From a bacterium (GTDB lineage Bacteria > JAMOTN01), in the NCBI GenBank assembly GCA_027062325.1, contig JAMOTN010000005.1:1-58935 (forward strand): DNA of 58,935 nucleotides, in the 5' to 3' direction. The notes under the pieces were generated by a model. That model was not told where the DNA came from and did not search any database. It was given only the letters and a program-made list of their open reading frames with translations. The translations under genes were made by a program, and so were the position numbers. Shown here piece by piece: positions 38,130-48,091 of the stretch; within the stretch, counting starts at the first letter, position 1; each line of letters starts with the position of its first letter.

Positions 38130-40286
38130 CTACTTTTGCACATAAGCAGGATCAACATGCCACTTGTAGAAGTTATCATAACTAAACAATCCTATTGCTG
38201 TGGGCTTGGCATTCAAAATTCTCTTATGAACTGCCACCAAGCTTGGACCTATCATCAAGAAAGTATAAGGACAATCTTCTGCAATGATCTCCTGAAACTT
38301 CCAATAGAGTTTTTTACGCTTCTCTCTATCAAAAGTCTCACGTGCCTCTTCAAGAATCTTATCAACCTCTGGATTAACATAACCTATGCGGTTAAATCCA
38401 CCCTCAATCTGATCTGACGCCCATATAGAATACTGATCTGGATCCATTCCTAAAGCCCACCCAAGCATTATTGCTTCAAAGTTTCTTGGATACACGTAAT
38501 TTTTCAAAAATACCGTCCACTCTATAAACTTAAGTTGACAATCAACTCCTATCTTTTTCCAATAAGATTGGATTAACTCTGCTCTCTTCTTAATATCATC
38601 ACTACCTGCAGACGTCATAAGTGTAAATCTAAACTTATCAAGCTTTCCATCACCGTCTACGTCTTTTTCCAAAATTCCATCACCATCAACATCCTTCCAT
38701 CCAGCTTCTGCCAAAAGTTTCTTCGCAAGTTCTGGATTGTATTCATATTTTTTGACATTAGGATTATAAGCCCAACTTGATGGATGAATTGGTGAGTAAC
38801 ACTTTTCTCCCAAGCCGTAATCAAGAGCTTTTATTATAGCATCTCTGTCTATGGCATAGCTGAGTGCCTGACGAACTCTCTTGTCCAAAAACAATTTGCA
38901 CTTTTCTGGATCCAAATTGTAACCTATGTATCCGTACCCCGGAGTCATGTATTTATACTTATTAAAATTATTCAAAAAGCGTGCATTGTTTGTCTGGAAT
39001 TTCCACTGATAAGGAGTAAGCCCCAAAATGTCTATCTGCCCAGCCAAAAGTTCGTTGAACGCAGAGACATTATTCGGCAAAATCTTGAATATCATCTTTT
39101 TGAAAGGTGGCTTACCACGCCAATAAGTATCTACTGCTTCAAGCTCTATGTAAGAATCAGAAACCCACTTTACAAATTTGTAAGGTCCGCAACCCACAGG
39201 TTCTCTGTTGTACTTACTGTTGTTAAAATCAGGTTCCTTTTCAAATATGTGCTTGGGAACAATCATATACCAACTAGATACACACGGGGCATAAGGTTTA
39301 TTGTAAAGAATAGAAAGTGTGTACTTATCAAGCACCTTAACCTCACGGACATCTCTATAAGTAGAAGCCCTCACTGTAGCAGTATTTGGATCTATAACTT
39401 TCTCATAAGTAAACTTAACATCATCTGCAGTAACCTCAGTACCATCATGCCATTTAATACCCTTCCTAAGCTTAAACACTATTAGTGGCTGATCCCATAT
39501 CCTCTTTAGATTTAATCTTACAAATCTAGCTTCCTTTATTCCATCTGGAAGATAAGCCTTTACTACCTCCCAAGCCTTAGTTTCATTCAACTCATCTAGA
39601 TACAAAAACTCAAAGCTAACCTTGGTCAAAAAGCTCACATATGCTATAGGCAACTTTCCACCTTTCACATCCTCTTTCATTTTTTTTACAAGCGCTCCAA
39701 CTGTAAAATTCTTGTTCGAATCCCATGGACACTTGTAAGGTGGCTTATCCTGATTTATTCCAACATCTTTACCGTGAAAGACAACCTTCACTCTCGTAAT
39801 CTTTCTCCAATTTTCCTCAGGAATCACTCCTTCCATAATCTTGTAAGCATCATCTTTAAATTTGGTAAGAGTTACAACGATCTCATCCGGCGCTACTACC
39901 TTCACATCATCTATGAGATTCCTATCAACCTTCCCCTCATCAAGTGCCTTCATAAAATTCGCATATACATCTTGAGCAGACAAACCGCCCTTGAGATAAA
40001 AGTGAGCTTTTTCTTCGATAACCCACCCTTCTGCAAGCTCGGGCTGCAACTCAAACTTGTCGTTATAGGTCACAAGCGGCGGGAATATCCAATCGCATAT
40101 CTCTCCAGAGTAAGCATCCGTGTAAAGAACTGGATTTAATTTTGAAGCATCAGCTGCAAGCCTTCTAACCAATATGTACGGATCTCTTGCAAACTTTTGT
40201 CCGCATCCTAATTGAAAAAGCACTAAGCTCATTCCAAATACAAAAATGAGGCTCGCAATAACAAATTTAAAGGTACTCCTTTTCAT
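38130..40286 (-). CDS. oppA: Family 5 (peptide/nickel) ABC substrate-binding lipoprotein with large insertion
   Basis: Lipobox-like LGC; PELAEGW, FKLRKGIKWHDG..TADDVKFT, PVGCGPYKF, VRQALSYAIDR. Confidence 0.88.
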   Translation of the reverse strand: MKRSTFKFVIASLIFVFGMSLVLFQLGCGQKFARDPYILVRRLAADASKLNPVLYTDAYSGEICDWIFPPLVTYNDKFELQPELAEGWVIEEKAHFYLKGGLSAQDVYANFMKALDEGKVDRNLIDDVKVVAPDEIVVTLTKFKDDAYKIMEGVIPEENWRKITRVKVVFHGKDVGINQDKPPYKCPWDSNKNFTVGALVKKMKEDVKGGKLPIAYVSFLTKVSFEFLYLDELNETKAWEVVKAYLPDGIKEARFVRLNLKRIWDQPLIVFKLRKGIKWHDGTEVTADDVKFTYEKVIDPNTATVRASTYRDVREVKVLDKYTLSILYNKPYAPCVSSWYMIVPKHIFEKEPDFNNSKYNREPVGCGPYKFVKWVSDSYIELEAVDTYWRGKPPFKKMIFKILPNNVSAFNELLAGQIDILGLTPYQWKFQTNNARFLNNFNKYKYMTPGYGYIGYNLDPEKCKLFLDKRVRQALSYAIDRDAIIKALDYGLGEKCYSPIHPSSWAYNPNVKKYEYNPELAKKLLAEAGWKDVDGDGILEKDVDGDGKLDKFRFTLMTSAGSDDIKKRAELIQSYWKKIGVDCQLKFIEWTVFLKNYVYPRNFEAIMLGWALGMDPDQYSIWASDQIEGGFNRIGYVNPEVDKILEEARETFDREKRKKLYWKFQEIIAEDCPYTFLMIGPSLVAVHKRILNAKPTAIGLFSYDNFYKWHVDPAYVQK

Positions 40287-40480
40287 ACCAACCCCACACC
40301 TCCAACTAAGCTTTTCTTGTAAACAGAAATTTTCCTAACCTATAAGTTAAACAGATATTCAACACCTTACCAACCCAACTCCTACCCTCTCTAACTCTAC
40401 AACTCTCTCCACACCTCTTTGCACACATACTTAATCTATCAAAAATGAGCTCAATCTGTCCAACAAATCAACATCCGTAA

Positions 40481-42085
40481 TTACCTTACCTGTAGATGTT
40501 GCGGAATATACCATTTAGCAAGGCTTCCTCTTACTCCATATCTTCCAACCTTTATACCACGAATTCTACTTGAAACAGCAATCAATTTATGGGGTGAAAT
40601 CAAAAATACACATGGCACATCGTTCACCAATATTTTGTGAATTTCTCTGTAAATTTGAACTCTCTTTGATTCATCCATCTCATATCTTCCTTCTTCAAGA
40701 AGCTTATCAACCTCTGGGTTCATGTAAGCAAGAAAGTTATTGCCTCCCATACCACTCCCATCAGGAATACATGATGAGTGCCAGATACTGTATATGTCGT
40801 CCGGTTCAGGAGTTAACTCCCAACCTGCAAGTACCATGTCGAATCTTCCCTTTTTTACAAAGTCCACAAACACTCCCCACTCAAGCATTCTTATTTGAAC
40901 ATCAATTCCAACCTTGGCAAGCTGCCTTTGTAAAAGAACCGCCGTCATATATCTTCTCCAATTTCCCTGATTCAAAATAAGTTCAAACCTTAAACTCCCA
41001 TTTTTCCCCTCCCTTATTCCATCACCATCTCTATCTACAAACCCAGCTTCTTGCAATAACCTTTTAGCCCCTTCAGGATTGAACCTATACCCCTTCACAT
41101 CTGGATCAAGCCATTTACTTCCCACTATGAAAGGACCAGTCGCTCTATCTGCATATCCACCGTATATAGTTTTTATAACCTCATCAACGTTGATCGCCAT
41201 GGCTATCGCTTTCCTTATCCGCACATCACTCAACAGGGGATTTCTCAAGTTAAAACCGAGATAATCATAACCCTGATCCAAACACTCCGCTAAATGACAA
41301 TATTCAGGCTCTGTTTTTAACCGATTTTTCAACTGTTCAAAATCTTCATTCTTTAAGTATGCAACGTCAACTTCTCCTTTCAAAAACTTAAAGTAAGCAA
41401 CAGTTTGATCAGGAATAATCGCGTAATAGTACTTAGTAATATAAGGCTCTCCACCATAATAACGAGGATTTGCATATAACTTTATATACTGGCCACTCTT
41501 CCAAACACTAAAAATATAAGGTCCGCTTCCTATAGGACTCCTGTTCAAGTCACTATCCCTTAACCTCTCTCCGGACCAGAACTTTCTCGGCAAAATTCCA
41601 AAAGTTAGTTTTGACAGTATAACCGGCGTCGGCTTTTTCAAATAAAACTTTAAAACGTAATCTGAAACAACTTCTACTCTATCTATAATAGAAAGATCTG
41701 AAGCAAGAGCAGAAGCATTAGCAGGATTCATTATCTCATCTATAGTAAACTTGACATCCCAAGCAGTAAGCGGAGTACCATCTTGCCATTTTACGTTTTT
41801 CTTCAAATAAATCGTCAATTCACTGCTAGATAAAACATACTTTTCCACTAAGTCTGGCTCTAATTCTCCATCATCATTCCATCTAAACAAGGAAGAATAT
41901 ATCAAACTACACACATCATAAGAGGGCTTATCAACTATAAGAATAGGATTGAGAAGTATGGGTTCCGCTTGATGTGCCTCAACTATTCTTCCCCCATAAT
42001 CAGGAACAGAAGCTGAAAAAACTACACCATTCAAGCCCAAAATAGCAATAAACAAAATTCCTGCTAAAAAAACCCTTCTATTCAT
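40481..42085 (-). CDS. Family 5 ABC substrate-binding protein
   Basis: Signal peptide; VKWQDGTPLTAWDVKFT, PIGSGPY, IRKAIAMAIN. Confidence 0.9.
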   Translation of the reverse strand: MNRRVFLAGILFIAILGLNGVVFSASVPDYGGRIVEAHQAEPILLNPILIVDKPSYDVCSLIYSSLFRWNDDGELEPDLVEKYVLSSSELTIYLKKNVKWQDGTPLTAWDVKFTIDEIMNPANASALASDLSIIDRVEVVSDYVLKFYLKKPTPVILSKLTFGILPRKFWSGERLRDSDLNRSPIGSGPYIFSVWKSGQYIKLYANPRYYGGEPYITKYYYAIIPDQTVAYFKFLKGEVDVAYLKNEDFEQLKNRLKTEPEYCHLAECLDQGYDYLGFNLRNPLLSDVRIRKAIAMAINVDEVIKTIYGGYADRATGPFIVGSKWLDPDVKGYRFNPEGAKRLLQEAGFVDRDGDGIREGKNGSLRFELILNQGNWRRYMTAVLLQRQLAKVGIDVQIRMLEWGVFVDFVKKGRFDMVLAGWELTPEPDDIYSIWHSSCIPDGSGMGGNNFLAYMNPEVDKLLEEGRYEMDESKRVQIYREIHKILVNDVPCVFLISPHKLIAVSSRIRGIKVGRYGVRGSLAKWYIPQHLQVR

Positions 42086-42137
42086 CTTCCCCCATCCCTC
42101 CTTGGAATCTACTCATACTAAAAATTCACAATCCAAA

Positions 42138-44075
42138 CTACTCAGAAATAGTCCACCTTTCAGGCTCGTAGAAAAACTCGACAGGAGTTGGCTCTATACC
42201 TTTTATCTTATCATTAACAGCCCAAATTCGTAAAACTCGATATAGAAATAGATATGGAAACTCCTTGACTATTAAATACTGCACTTTTTGAATCTTTATC
42301 TTTCTCTTTGAGCGATCAAGAGTAAATCTTAACTCGTCCATGAGCTTATCTGCCTCTTTACTTCTAAATCCAACCGCATTGTATCCAAAATGCTCCTTTG
42401 TGGGAATCTGAGAAGAATGCCAATAGGGATAAAGCTCTGGCTCAGGAGTCAAACTCCATCCCAGAAGTATCATCTGAAAATTCCTCTTGTCAACGTGGTT
42501 AGTTAAGAAATCATTCCACTCCAGAAGTTTTACTCTTACCTTAATTCCAATCTTTTTCCACTCATTTACCAAAAAATTGGCTACTTTCTCCCTCATTCTA
42601 TTTCCTTTGTTAGTCAACAATGTCAATTCAACTTTCTTACCATTTTTCTCTAAATAACCGTCACCATCCACATCCTTCCAACCAGCATTTATCAATATAT
42701 CTCTTGCATGTTCAGGATTGTAACGTCCAACCTTTTCCACATCAGGATTGTAAGCCCAGCTCTCTGGTAAAATTGGCCCCCAAACAGGTTGTGCAAAGCC
42801 ATGTAATATCTCTTTTACCAATTTCTCTTTGTCAACAGCTTCTACCAACGCTTGTCTTAGATGAATATCCTTCAACAACAGATCGTCTAAATTAAAACCC
42901 ACATATGTATATCCCCAGTCTGGTTGTCTATACATCCTAAAGTGAGAATTCCCTTTGAGCTTTTCAAAATACTGCCAATCAATCTCTGCTATATCAATGT
43001 CTCCGCTGAGCAACTTTGAAAACACCATATCAGAATCTTGAATAAATAGGAAATGTACCTCATCTATACTTGGAGTCTTACTAAAAGACGGAGCAATAGG
43101 ATTTTTAACCAGCGCAACCTCTCTTTCTGAAATCCAACCTTTAAATTTGTAAGGCCCTATTCCAAATGGAACTCTCTTTAAATCCTGCCAAACCGCTAAA
43201 TCAACCTGACCACTCTTCCACACACTTCTTGGTAAAGGTGACACCACCCATACAGAAAGTATAGATGCATCAGGACGTGAATAGCACAGTTTTACATTAT
43301 ACTTTCCCTTTTTTTGAATTTCACTTACAAAACTTAACTCCTGGGTGTACAAATTTCTGATACTTTTACCTGCAAGGACAGTTGCCTCCACATCATCTGC
43401 AGTAAACTCCCTTCCATCGCTCCACTTGAGGCCCTTTCTTAAATTAAACTCAACAATCATCACAATTATCCCATCAAGTCTCAAATAAAAGCTTGATTTT
43501 TTCTTAACAAACTCCTCAATACCAGATGGAAAGTAAGCCCACCAACCATCTACTTCTCTCCAGAAAATCTTAGCCTTATTAAAAACTTCAGCCTCCGGCG
43601 TTGCCTTAAGCTTCGCTAACAACCAATTCCCACTAAAATTAACATAATAACTCTTTTTCGGCTTCGGAAACTTTTCAATAACATTCAAAATTTTAGAAAA
43701 GCTAGCATCTTTTAAATTTACTCTAAAGCTATTCTTCAACTTTTTAAAATCAAACTTATCAGGATCGTAAACAAGATAATAAACGTCGTAATTTTCAAGC
43801 AATTCTGGAATGTAATCAAGGTGTTTGTCATATCCAATTAGCCTTTTCATTGTAAACTGTTGAATTACTCCTGCAGTATCCTCATTTATCATGAGTGGAT
43901 TAAAATTCACAGGAAAAGAAGGCATAGATATTCTAATGATTGACCACTTTTTTTCCGATTTCTGAGTGTAAGGAGTGTATGTTTTCTCTCTTTTTCCACA
44001 CCCTGTCATGTGCAAGATAAGTACGAACACTACAAAGAGGTGAAATAATATGCTACACATTTTTTTAAAGCGCAT
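42138..44075 (-). CDS. Family 5 ABC substrate-binding lipoprotein with insertion
   Basis: GAGGAGG RBS 8 nt before ATG 44075; lipobox MTGC; FNLRKGLKWSDG..FTADDV, GIGPYKF, LRQALVEAVD. Confidence 0.88.
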   Translation of the reverse strand: MRFKKMCSILFHLFVVFVLILHMTGCGKREKTYTPYTQKSEKKWSIIRISMPSFPVNFNPLMINEDTAGVIQQFTMKRLIGYDKHLDYIPELLENYDVYYLVYDPDKFDFKKLKNSFRVNLKDASFSKILNVIEKFPKPKKSYYVNFSGNWLLAKLKATPEAEVFNKAKIFWREVDGWWAYFPSGIEEFVKKKSSFYLRLDGIIVMIVEFNLRKGLKWSDGREFTADDVEATVLAGKSIRNLYTQELSFVSEIQKKGKYNVKLCYSRPDASILSVWVVSPLPRSVWKSGQVDLAVWQDLKRVPFGIGPYKFKGWISEREVALVKNPIAPSFSKTPSIDEVHFLFIQDSDMVFSKLLSGDIDIAEIDWQYFEKLKGNSHFRMYRQPDWGYTYVGFNLDDLLLKDIHLRQALVEAVDKEKLVKEILHGFAQPVWGPILPESWAYNPDVEKVGRYNPEHARDILINAGWKDVDGDGYLEKNGKKVELTLLTNKGNRMREKVANFLVNEWKKIGIKVRVKLLEWNDFLTNHVDKRNFQMILLGWSLTPEPELYPYWHSSQIPTKEHFGYNAVGFRSKEADKLMDELRFTLDRSKRKIKIQKVQYLIVKEFPYLFLYRVLRIWAVNDKIKGIEPTPVEFFYEPERWTISE

Positions 44076-44580
44076 AGCTACTGCCTCCTCAATACTTCTC
44101 ATTTTTACCTTCTCTAATATTCTGGCAGAAAGTAACGCTATCGTCTATACCATAGACGGAATGGTGATTAAGGGAAACATTGAGTGGATAACCGAAGATT
44201 TTATACTTATAAACACCTTGTATGGACAACTTAAGATACCAAATGCTTCAATTGAGAAGATGAAAATAAGTGAAAACATAACTGCTCATGAATCAAGTAC
44301 ATTATTTAAACATTACAAAGGAAAATTTACAATCATACCTTCATTCACAGATAACCCAAATAACAAATTTTCTCCATATTATAAACCTTCTGTCAAAGAA
44401 ACACATCCCCCAAAAAAGCTCACCAAGAAAAAGCCTTTTCCAAAAAAATTTCTCTCCACATTTGAAGCAAGTTTTTACTCTGACAAAGATGCGTTAAAAT
44501 TTTTAAAGGAGTTTGACAAGGAAACTCCCAACATAGACAAAGTAGATCTTGACCTGGAAAAGTGGCTTTGGAATGAGTAA
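44050..44580 (+). CDS. Hypothetical secreted protein
   Basis: Signal-like MLHIFLKRIATASSILLIFTFSNILA, then IVYTIDG.VIKGNI..I.INTLYGQLKIP..SIEKM, a small beta-domain pattern. Confidence 0.6.
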   Translation: MLHIFLKRIATASSILLIFTFSNILAESNAIVYTIDGMVIKGNIEWITEDFILINTLYGQLKIPNASIEKMKISENITAHESSTLFKHYKGKFTIIPSFTDNPNNKFSPYYKPSVKETHPPKKLTKKKPFPKKFLSTFEASFYSDKDALKFLKEFDKETPNIDKVDLDLEKWLWNE

Positions 44581-45574
44581 AGGATGGATAACTATGACTG
44601 TTAGGCTCTGGGGAATAGATATAGGATCACGTTTCACTAAACTTTCAATTTTAGAATTTTCTCGAAAAGTAGATCCAGAGAAAATTGTTCAGGAGTTAAA
44701 AAATCATATAAAATTTGGAGAAGATAATTTTCTTCAACTTACAACAACTTTTCTAAATTCAATAGACGTCATAGCGAATCTTAAATCCTTCTTAAAGGAA
44801 AACTCAATTACCCCTGATAACGCCGTATTTACAGGTTACGGAAGAGAAGTCGCAAAATCTTACGGTTTTAAAATTTTAAACGAAGTCAAAGCAGTATCAA
44901 AAACTGTGCAGCTATTTGAAAGTGAATGCTTCATAGATATAGGGGGCCAAGATATAAAAGCAGGTTGCATCTCAACATACGAATACAACCTAAATTCAAG
45001 TTGCGCAGCGGGAACAGGAAGCTTCATAGAAAACATTCTACGTCGCCTTAACATAAGTTGGGAAGAGTTTTTCAAAATAGAGGATCCTACAACAGAAGTA
45101 AAACTTAATTCCGTTTGTGCAGTTTTTGCAGAATCAGAAGCAATAAACTTATTAGTCAAAGGAATTGAAAAACTCGATATTGTTAAAGCCGCTATCAACA
45201 GCGTAGCTCAAAGGGCAGCCATGCTTCTTCCTAAAAAATGCACTCTAGACCAAAAACTCCCTAAATCTTCCCCAAAAAACTGCACAATTAGACCTATCAT
45301 AAAAATTCTAAAGCCTTTGAATGAACCAGAAAAAAAACCTATACTACCTAACAAAAAAAAGCTGGATCCTGCAGAAAAACAACCCGATTACTTTAAAATA
45401 AATTCCACATCTAATTCTATTTTACTTCTGGGACGCCTCTCCAAATCTCGTGCTTTACAAAAAGCCATTGAAAATAAAATTGGGAGGAGCATTTACACTC
45501 CTCCCTTATCAAGTTTTTTTGCAAGTATAGGCTGCTTAATCGAAGCAGTAGAAACCCTTACTTTTCGCCCATAA
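44573..45574 (+). CDS. BadF/BadG/BcrA/BcrD ATPase (2-hydroxyacyl-CoA dehydratase activator-like)
   Basis: [41 protein letters not shown]. Start uncertain (44549/44573/44593). Confidence 0.85.
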   Translation: MSKGWITMTVRLWGIDIGSRFTKLSILEFSRKVDPEKIVQELKNHIKFGEDNFLQLTTTFLNSIDVIANLKSFLKENSITPDNAVFTGYGREVAKSYGFKILNEVKAVSKTVQLFESECFIDIGGQDIKAGCISTYEYNLNSSCAAGTGSFIENILRRLNISWEEFFKIEDPTTEVKLNSVCAVFAESEAINLLVKGIEKLDIVKAAINSVAQRAAMLLPKKCTLDQKLPKSSPKNCTIRPIIKILKPLNEPEKKPILPNKKKLDPAEKQPDYFKINSTSNSILLLGRLSKSRALQKAIENKIGRSIYTPPLSSFFASIGCLIEAVETLTFRP

Positions 45575-46271
45575 CTTCTTTCCTCAACTGATTTGTATCA
45601 AGCTTCACCGATGGAGACATAGTTGTACACACATATGCACTCTTTAAATACTGCCCCTTACTAGCTGCAGGCTTTGCCCTTATTATTGCCTCAGTAAGCG
45701 CCTTCAAGTTATCATACAACTTATCAGTTCCAAAGCTTTTTTTCCCAATCATTGCGTGAACAATTCCATACTTGTCCACTTTGAACTCAATTCTACCCTT
45801 CTTAAGCTCACGAATCGCTTCCCCAACATCAAATGTAACCGTTCCAGCCTTTGGAGAAGGCATTAAACCACGTGGTCCCAATATTTTACCAACACGACTC
45901 ACATATCTCATCATATCAGGAGTTGCCACAACAACATCGAAATCAAGCCATCCCTGCTGAATTTTCTTCACAAGCTCTTCTCCACCAACATAATCCGCTC
46001 CTGCCTCTTTTGCTTCATCTTCCTTTTCAGGATTTACAATTGCAAGAACACGAACCTGCTTACCTGTCCCATGAGGAAGCATAACCGTTCCTCTTACTTG
46101 CTGATCAGCGTGACGAGGATCTACTCCTAAGCGATAATGCACCTCTACTGTCTCATCAAAATTTGCATAGGAAATCTGAGGTAATATCTCCAGCGCTTCC
46201 CTAGGAGAATAAGCTTTCGTTTTATCATACTTCTTCAAAGCATCAACGTACTTCTTACCTCTCTTTACCAT
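45558..46271 (-). CDS. rplA: 50S ribosomal protein L1
   Basis: [35 protein letters not shown]; ATG 46271 after AGGAGG. Confidence 0.98.
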   Translation of the reverse strand: MVKRGKKYVDALKKYDKTKAYSPREALEILPQISYANFDETVEVHYRLGVDPRHADQQVRGTVMLPHGTGKQVRVLAIVNPEKEDEAKEAGADYVGGEELVKKIQQGWLDFDVVVATPDMMRYVSRVGKILGPRGLMPSPKAGTVTFDVGEAIRELKKGRIEFKVDKYGIVHAMIGKKSFGTDKLYDNLKALTEAIIRAKPAASKGQYLKSAYVCTTMSPSVKLDTNQLRKEVMGEK

Positions 46272-46287
46272 CTCAAACCCCTCCTTT

Positions 46288-46310
46288 GTGGTAAGGCCTG
46301 CGCCTCCCAC
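46288..46310 (-). promoter_or_regulatory. L1-binding autoregulatory site in the rplK-rplA intergenic region
   Basis: GTGGGAGG-CGCAGG-CCTTACCAC directly before the SD resembles the known L1 operator fold. Confidence 0.6.
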
Positions 46311-46342
46311 GAATTTTCATGATTTCTCAATTTGATTTGGAA

Positions 46343-46768
46343 TTAGTCAACAATTTCAATCCCCATGCTACGCGCTGTTCCCTCAATTATACGAATGGCA
46401 GCCTCAAGATCATCTGTGTTCAAATCTGGCATCTTAACCTTTGCAATCTCCTCAACTTGTTGACGAGTCACACGACCTACAATCTCTTTGCTTGGATTTG
46501 AAGCTCCTTTCTCAACACCTGCCGCCTTTTTCAAAAGTGCAGACGCAGGCGGTGTCTTAAGCTCCATTGTGTAGCTTCTATCCTGATAAATGGTGACAAC
46601 AACTGGAATAATCATCCCTGCTTGTTTGGCAGTTTTAGCATTGAACTCTTTACAAAACGCCATCAAGTTAACTCCGTATTGACCCAAAGCAGGACCAACT
46701 GGAGGTGCTGGTGTGGCTTTACCAGCTGGTAACTGAAGCTTAATCTGTCCTATAATTTTCTTAGCCAT
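46343..46768 (-). CDS. rplK: 50S ribosomal protein L11
   Basis: [42 protein letters not shown]. Confidence 0.98.
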   Translation of the reverse strand: MAKKIIGQIKLQLPAGKATPAPPVGPALGQYGVNLMAFCKEFNAKTAKQAGMIIPVVVTIYQDRSYTMELKTPPASALLKKAAGVEKGASNPSKEIVGRVTRQQVEEIAKVKMPDLNTDDLEAAIRIIEGTARSMGIEIVD

Positions 46769-46864
46769 CTTGTTTCACCCCTTTACTCACCAGTATTAAA
46801 TCCACCACATTTTATATCCCTAGGCTTGTTCTAGGCACAGTGAAAACTTCCCTGCAAGAATATG

Positions 46865-47449
46865 TTAAGACGACTTTCTAACCTTTTCAAGTTCAGAAAA
46901 GTTAAGCTCAACCAAAGTATCCCTTCCAAATACTTTCAATAGAAGCTTAACTTTACTCTTGGAAACATCAACCTCTTTAACAATTCCTTCAAACCCTTCA
47001 AACGGCCCTTTAATAACTTTAGCCCTATCTCCCTCACGCAGGACAAATTTTGCACTTCTTTCCTGCTGAATCCTACCAATCTTCTTCATTATATTAGTTA
47101 CCTCTTTTTCCGTTAATGGAACAGGTTTTCCAGCAGTTCCCCCTACAAAACCAGTAACTCCCGGAGTTCCTCGAACAACTTTCCAAGTCTCATCATTCAA
47201 AACCATGCATACCATAACATACCCCGGGTATATAGGCTTCATCTCCTCTTTCTTCACCACTTCAACTTTTCCCTTTTTCCTAACTTTTCTCTCAACCTCT
47301 ACCTTTTCTTTAGGCACAAGAACCTCAGCTACATAATCCTTTACTCCCATTATCTCAACACGTCTCTCTATGTTAGCCTTAACCTTATCTTCATTTCCCG
47401 CGTAGGTCTGAACTACATACCATTTAAAATCCTTCTCCTGTTCCTTCAT
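46865..47449 (-). CDS. nusG: Transcription termination/antitermination factor NusG
   Basis: WYVVQTYAGNE, YPGYVMV, TPGVTGFVG, KOW GPFEGFEG, FGRDT. Confidence 0.97.
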   Translation of the reverse strand: MKEQEKDFKWYVVQTYAGNEDKVKANIERRVEIMGVKDYVAEVLVPKEKVEVERKVRKKGKVEVVKKEEMKPIYPGYVMVCMVLNDETWKVVRGTPGVTGFVGGTAGKPVPLTEKEVTNIMKKIGRIQQERSAKFVLREGDRAKVIKGPFEGFEGIVKEVDVSKSKVKLLLKVFGRDTLVELNFSELEKVRKSS

Positions 47450-47491
47450 CTTATCTCCCCCACATTCAAAAATTAACTTAACAAATCCTCT

Positions 47492-47683
47492 TCACTTCAC
47501 CAACATCTTCATAAAGTATCTTATCAAAGCATCAACTGCTCCAAGATAAGCCCCAACAACTAATGAAACCACAATAACCGCTTTGGTAGCATTCCACAAC
47601 TCCTTCGTGGTTGGCCAAGAGACCTTATCCAATTCGTATTTTGATTCCTTGACAAAGGTCCAGAAACGCTTTATTAAGTTCAT
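47492..47683 (-). CDS. secE: Preprotein translocase subunit SecE
   Basis: ELDKVSWPT plus one TM; canonical position before nusG. Confidence 0.93.
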   Translation of the reverse strand: MNLIKRFWTFVKESKYELDKVSWPTTKELWNATKAVIVVSLVVGAYLGAVDALIRYFMKMLVK

Positions 47684-47746
47684 ACTTACACCTCCGCTTC
47701 AATCTAACCGCTAACCCATCAACTCTAAAAGCAAAATAAATAAAAA

Positions 47747-47823
47747 TGGCAGGCCCGGCAGGACTCGAACCTGCAACCACTGGATTTGGAGTCCAGTGCT
47801 CTAGCCTATTGAGCTACGGGCCT
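47747..47823 (-). tRNA. tRNA-Trp (CCA), 3' CCA encoded
   Basis: AGGCCCGTAGCTCAAT..CTGGA-CT-CCA-AA-TCCAG..GGTTCGAGTCC..GGGCCTGCCA cloverleaf. Confidence 0.96.
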
Positions 47824-47829
47824 ACCTAT

Positions 47830-47856
47830 AAAAAGGGCCCGCTTTATGCGAGCCCT
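47830..47856 (-). terminator. Terminator-like hairpin between rpmG and tRNA-Trp
   Basis: AGGGCTCGC-ATAAA-GCGGGCCCT followed by TTTT. Confidence 0.55.
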
Positions 47857-47862
47857 GCTAAG

Positions 47863-48030
47863 CTACTTTGTTTCTTTGTGAACAGTATGCCTATTGCACC
47901 ACTTGCAATACTTACGCAACTCCAGCTTCTTCTTTGTTGCCTTCTTAGTACGCAAGTAAGTATAATTGCGACGTTTACATTCTGTGCATTCAAGTATTAC
48001 CGTCTCTTTCTTTTTCTTCCCAGCAGCCAT
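47863..48030 (-). CDS. rpmG: 50S ribosomal protein L33 (Zn-binding C+ form)
   Basis: Manual translation [55 protein letters not shown] (55 aa, below the ORF-track cutoff). Confidence 0.96.
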   Translation of the reverse strand: MAAGKKKKETVILECTECKRRNYTYLRTKKATKKKLELRKYCKWCNRHTVHKETK

Positions 48031-48091
48031 TTTTACCACTTCCCACTCCTTTGTTTAAGCAACTCTCAAAACTTAAACAATTATCACACTA

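Noticed and set aside
40306-40428. 40-aa Cys-containing minus-strand ORF, or a T-box, in the oppA leader
   Set aside because: No RBS, composition explained by the G-rich strand skew, and no T-box or terminator motif.
3929-45360. A8-A9 homopolymers in the PilZ, vWA and BadF genes as phase-variation tracts
   Set aside because: Expected by chance at this AT content, and all frames are intact.
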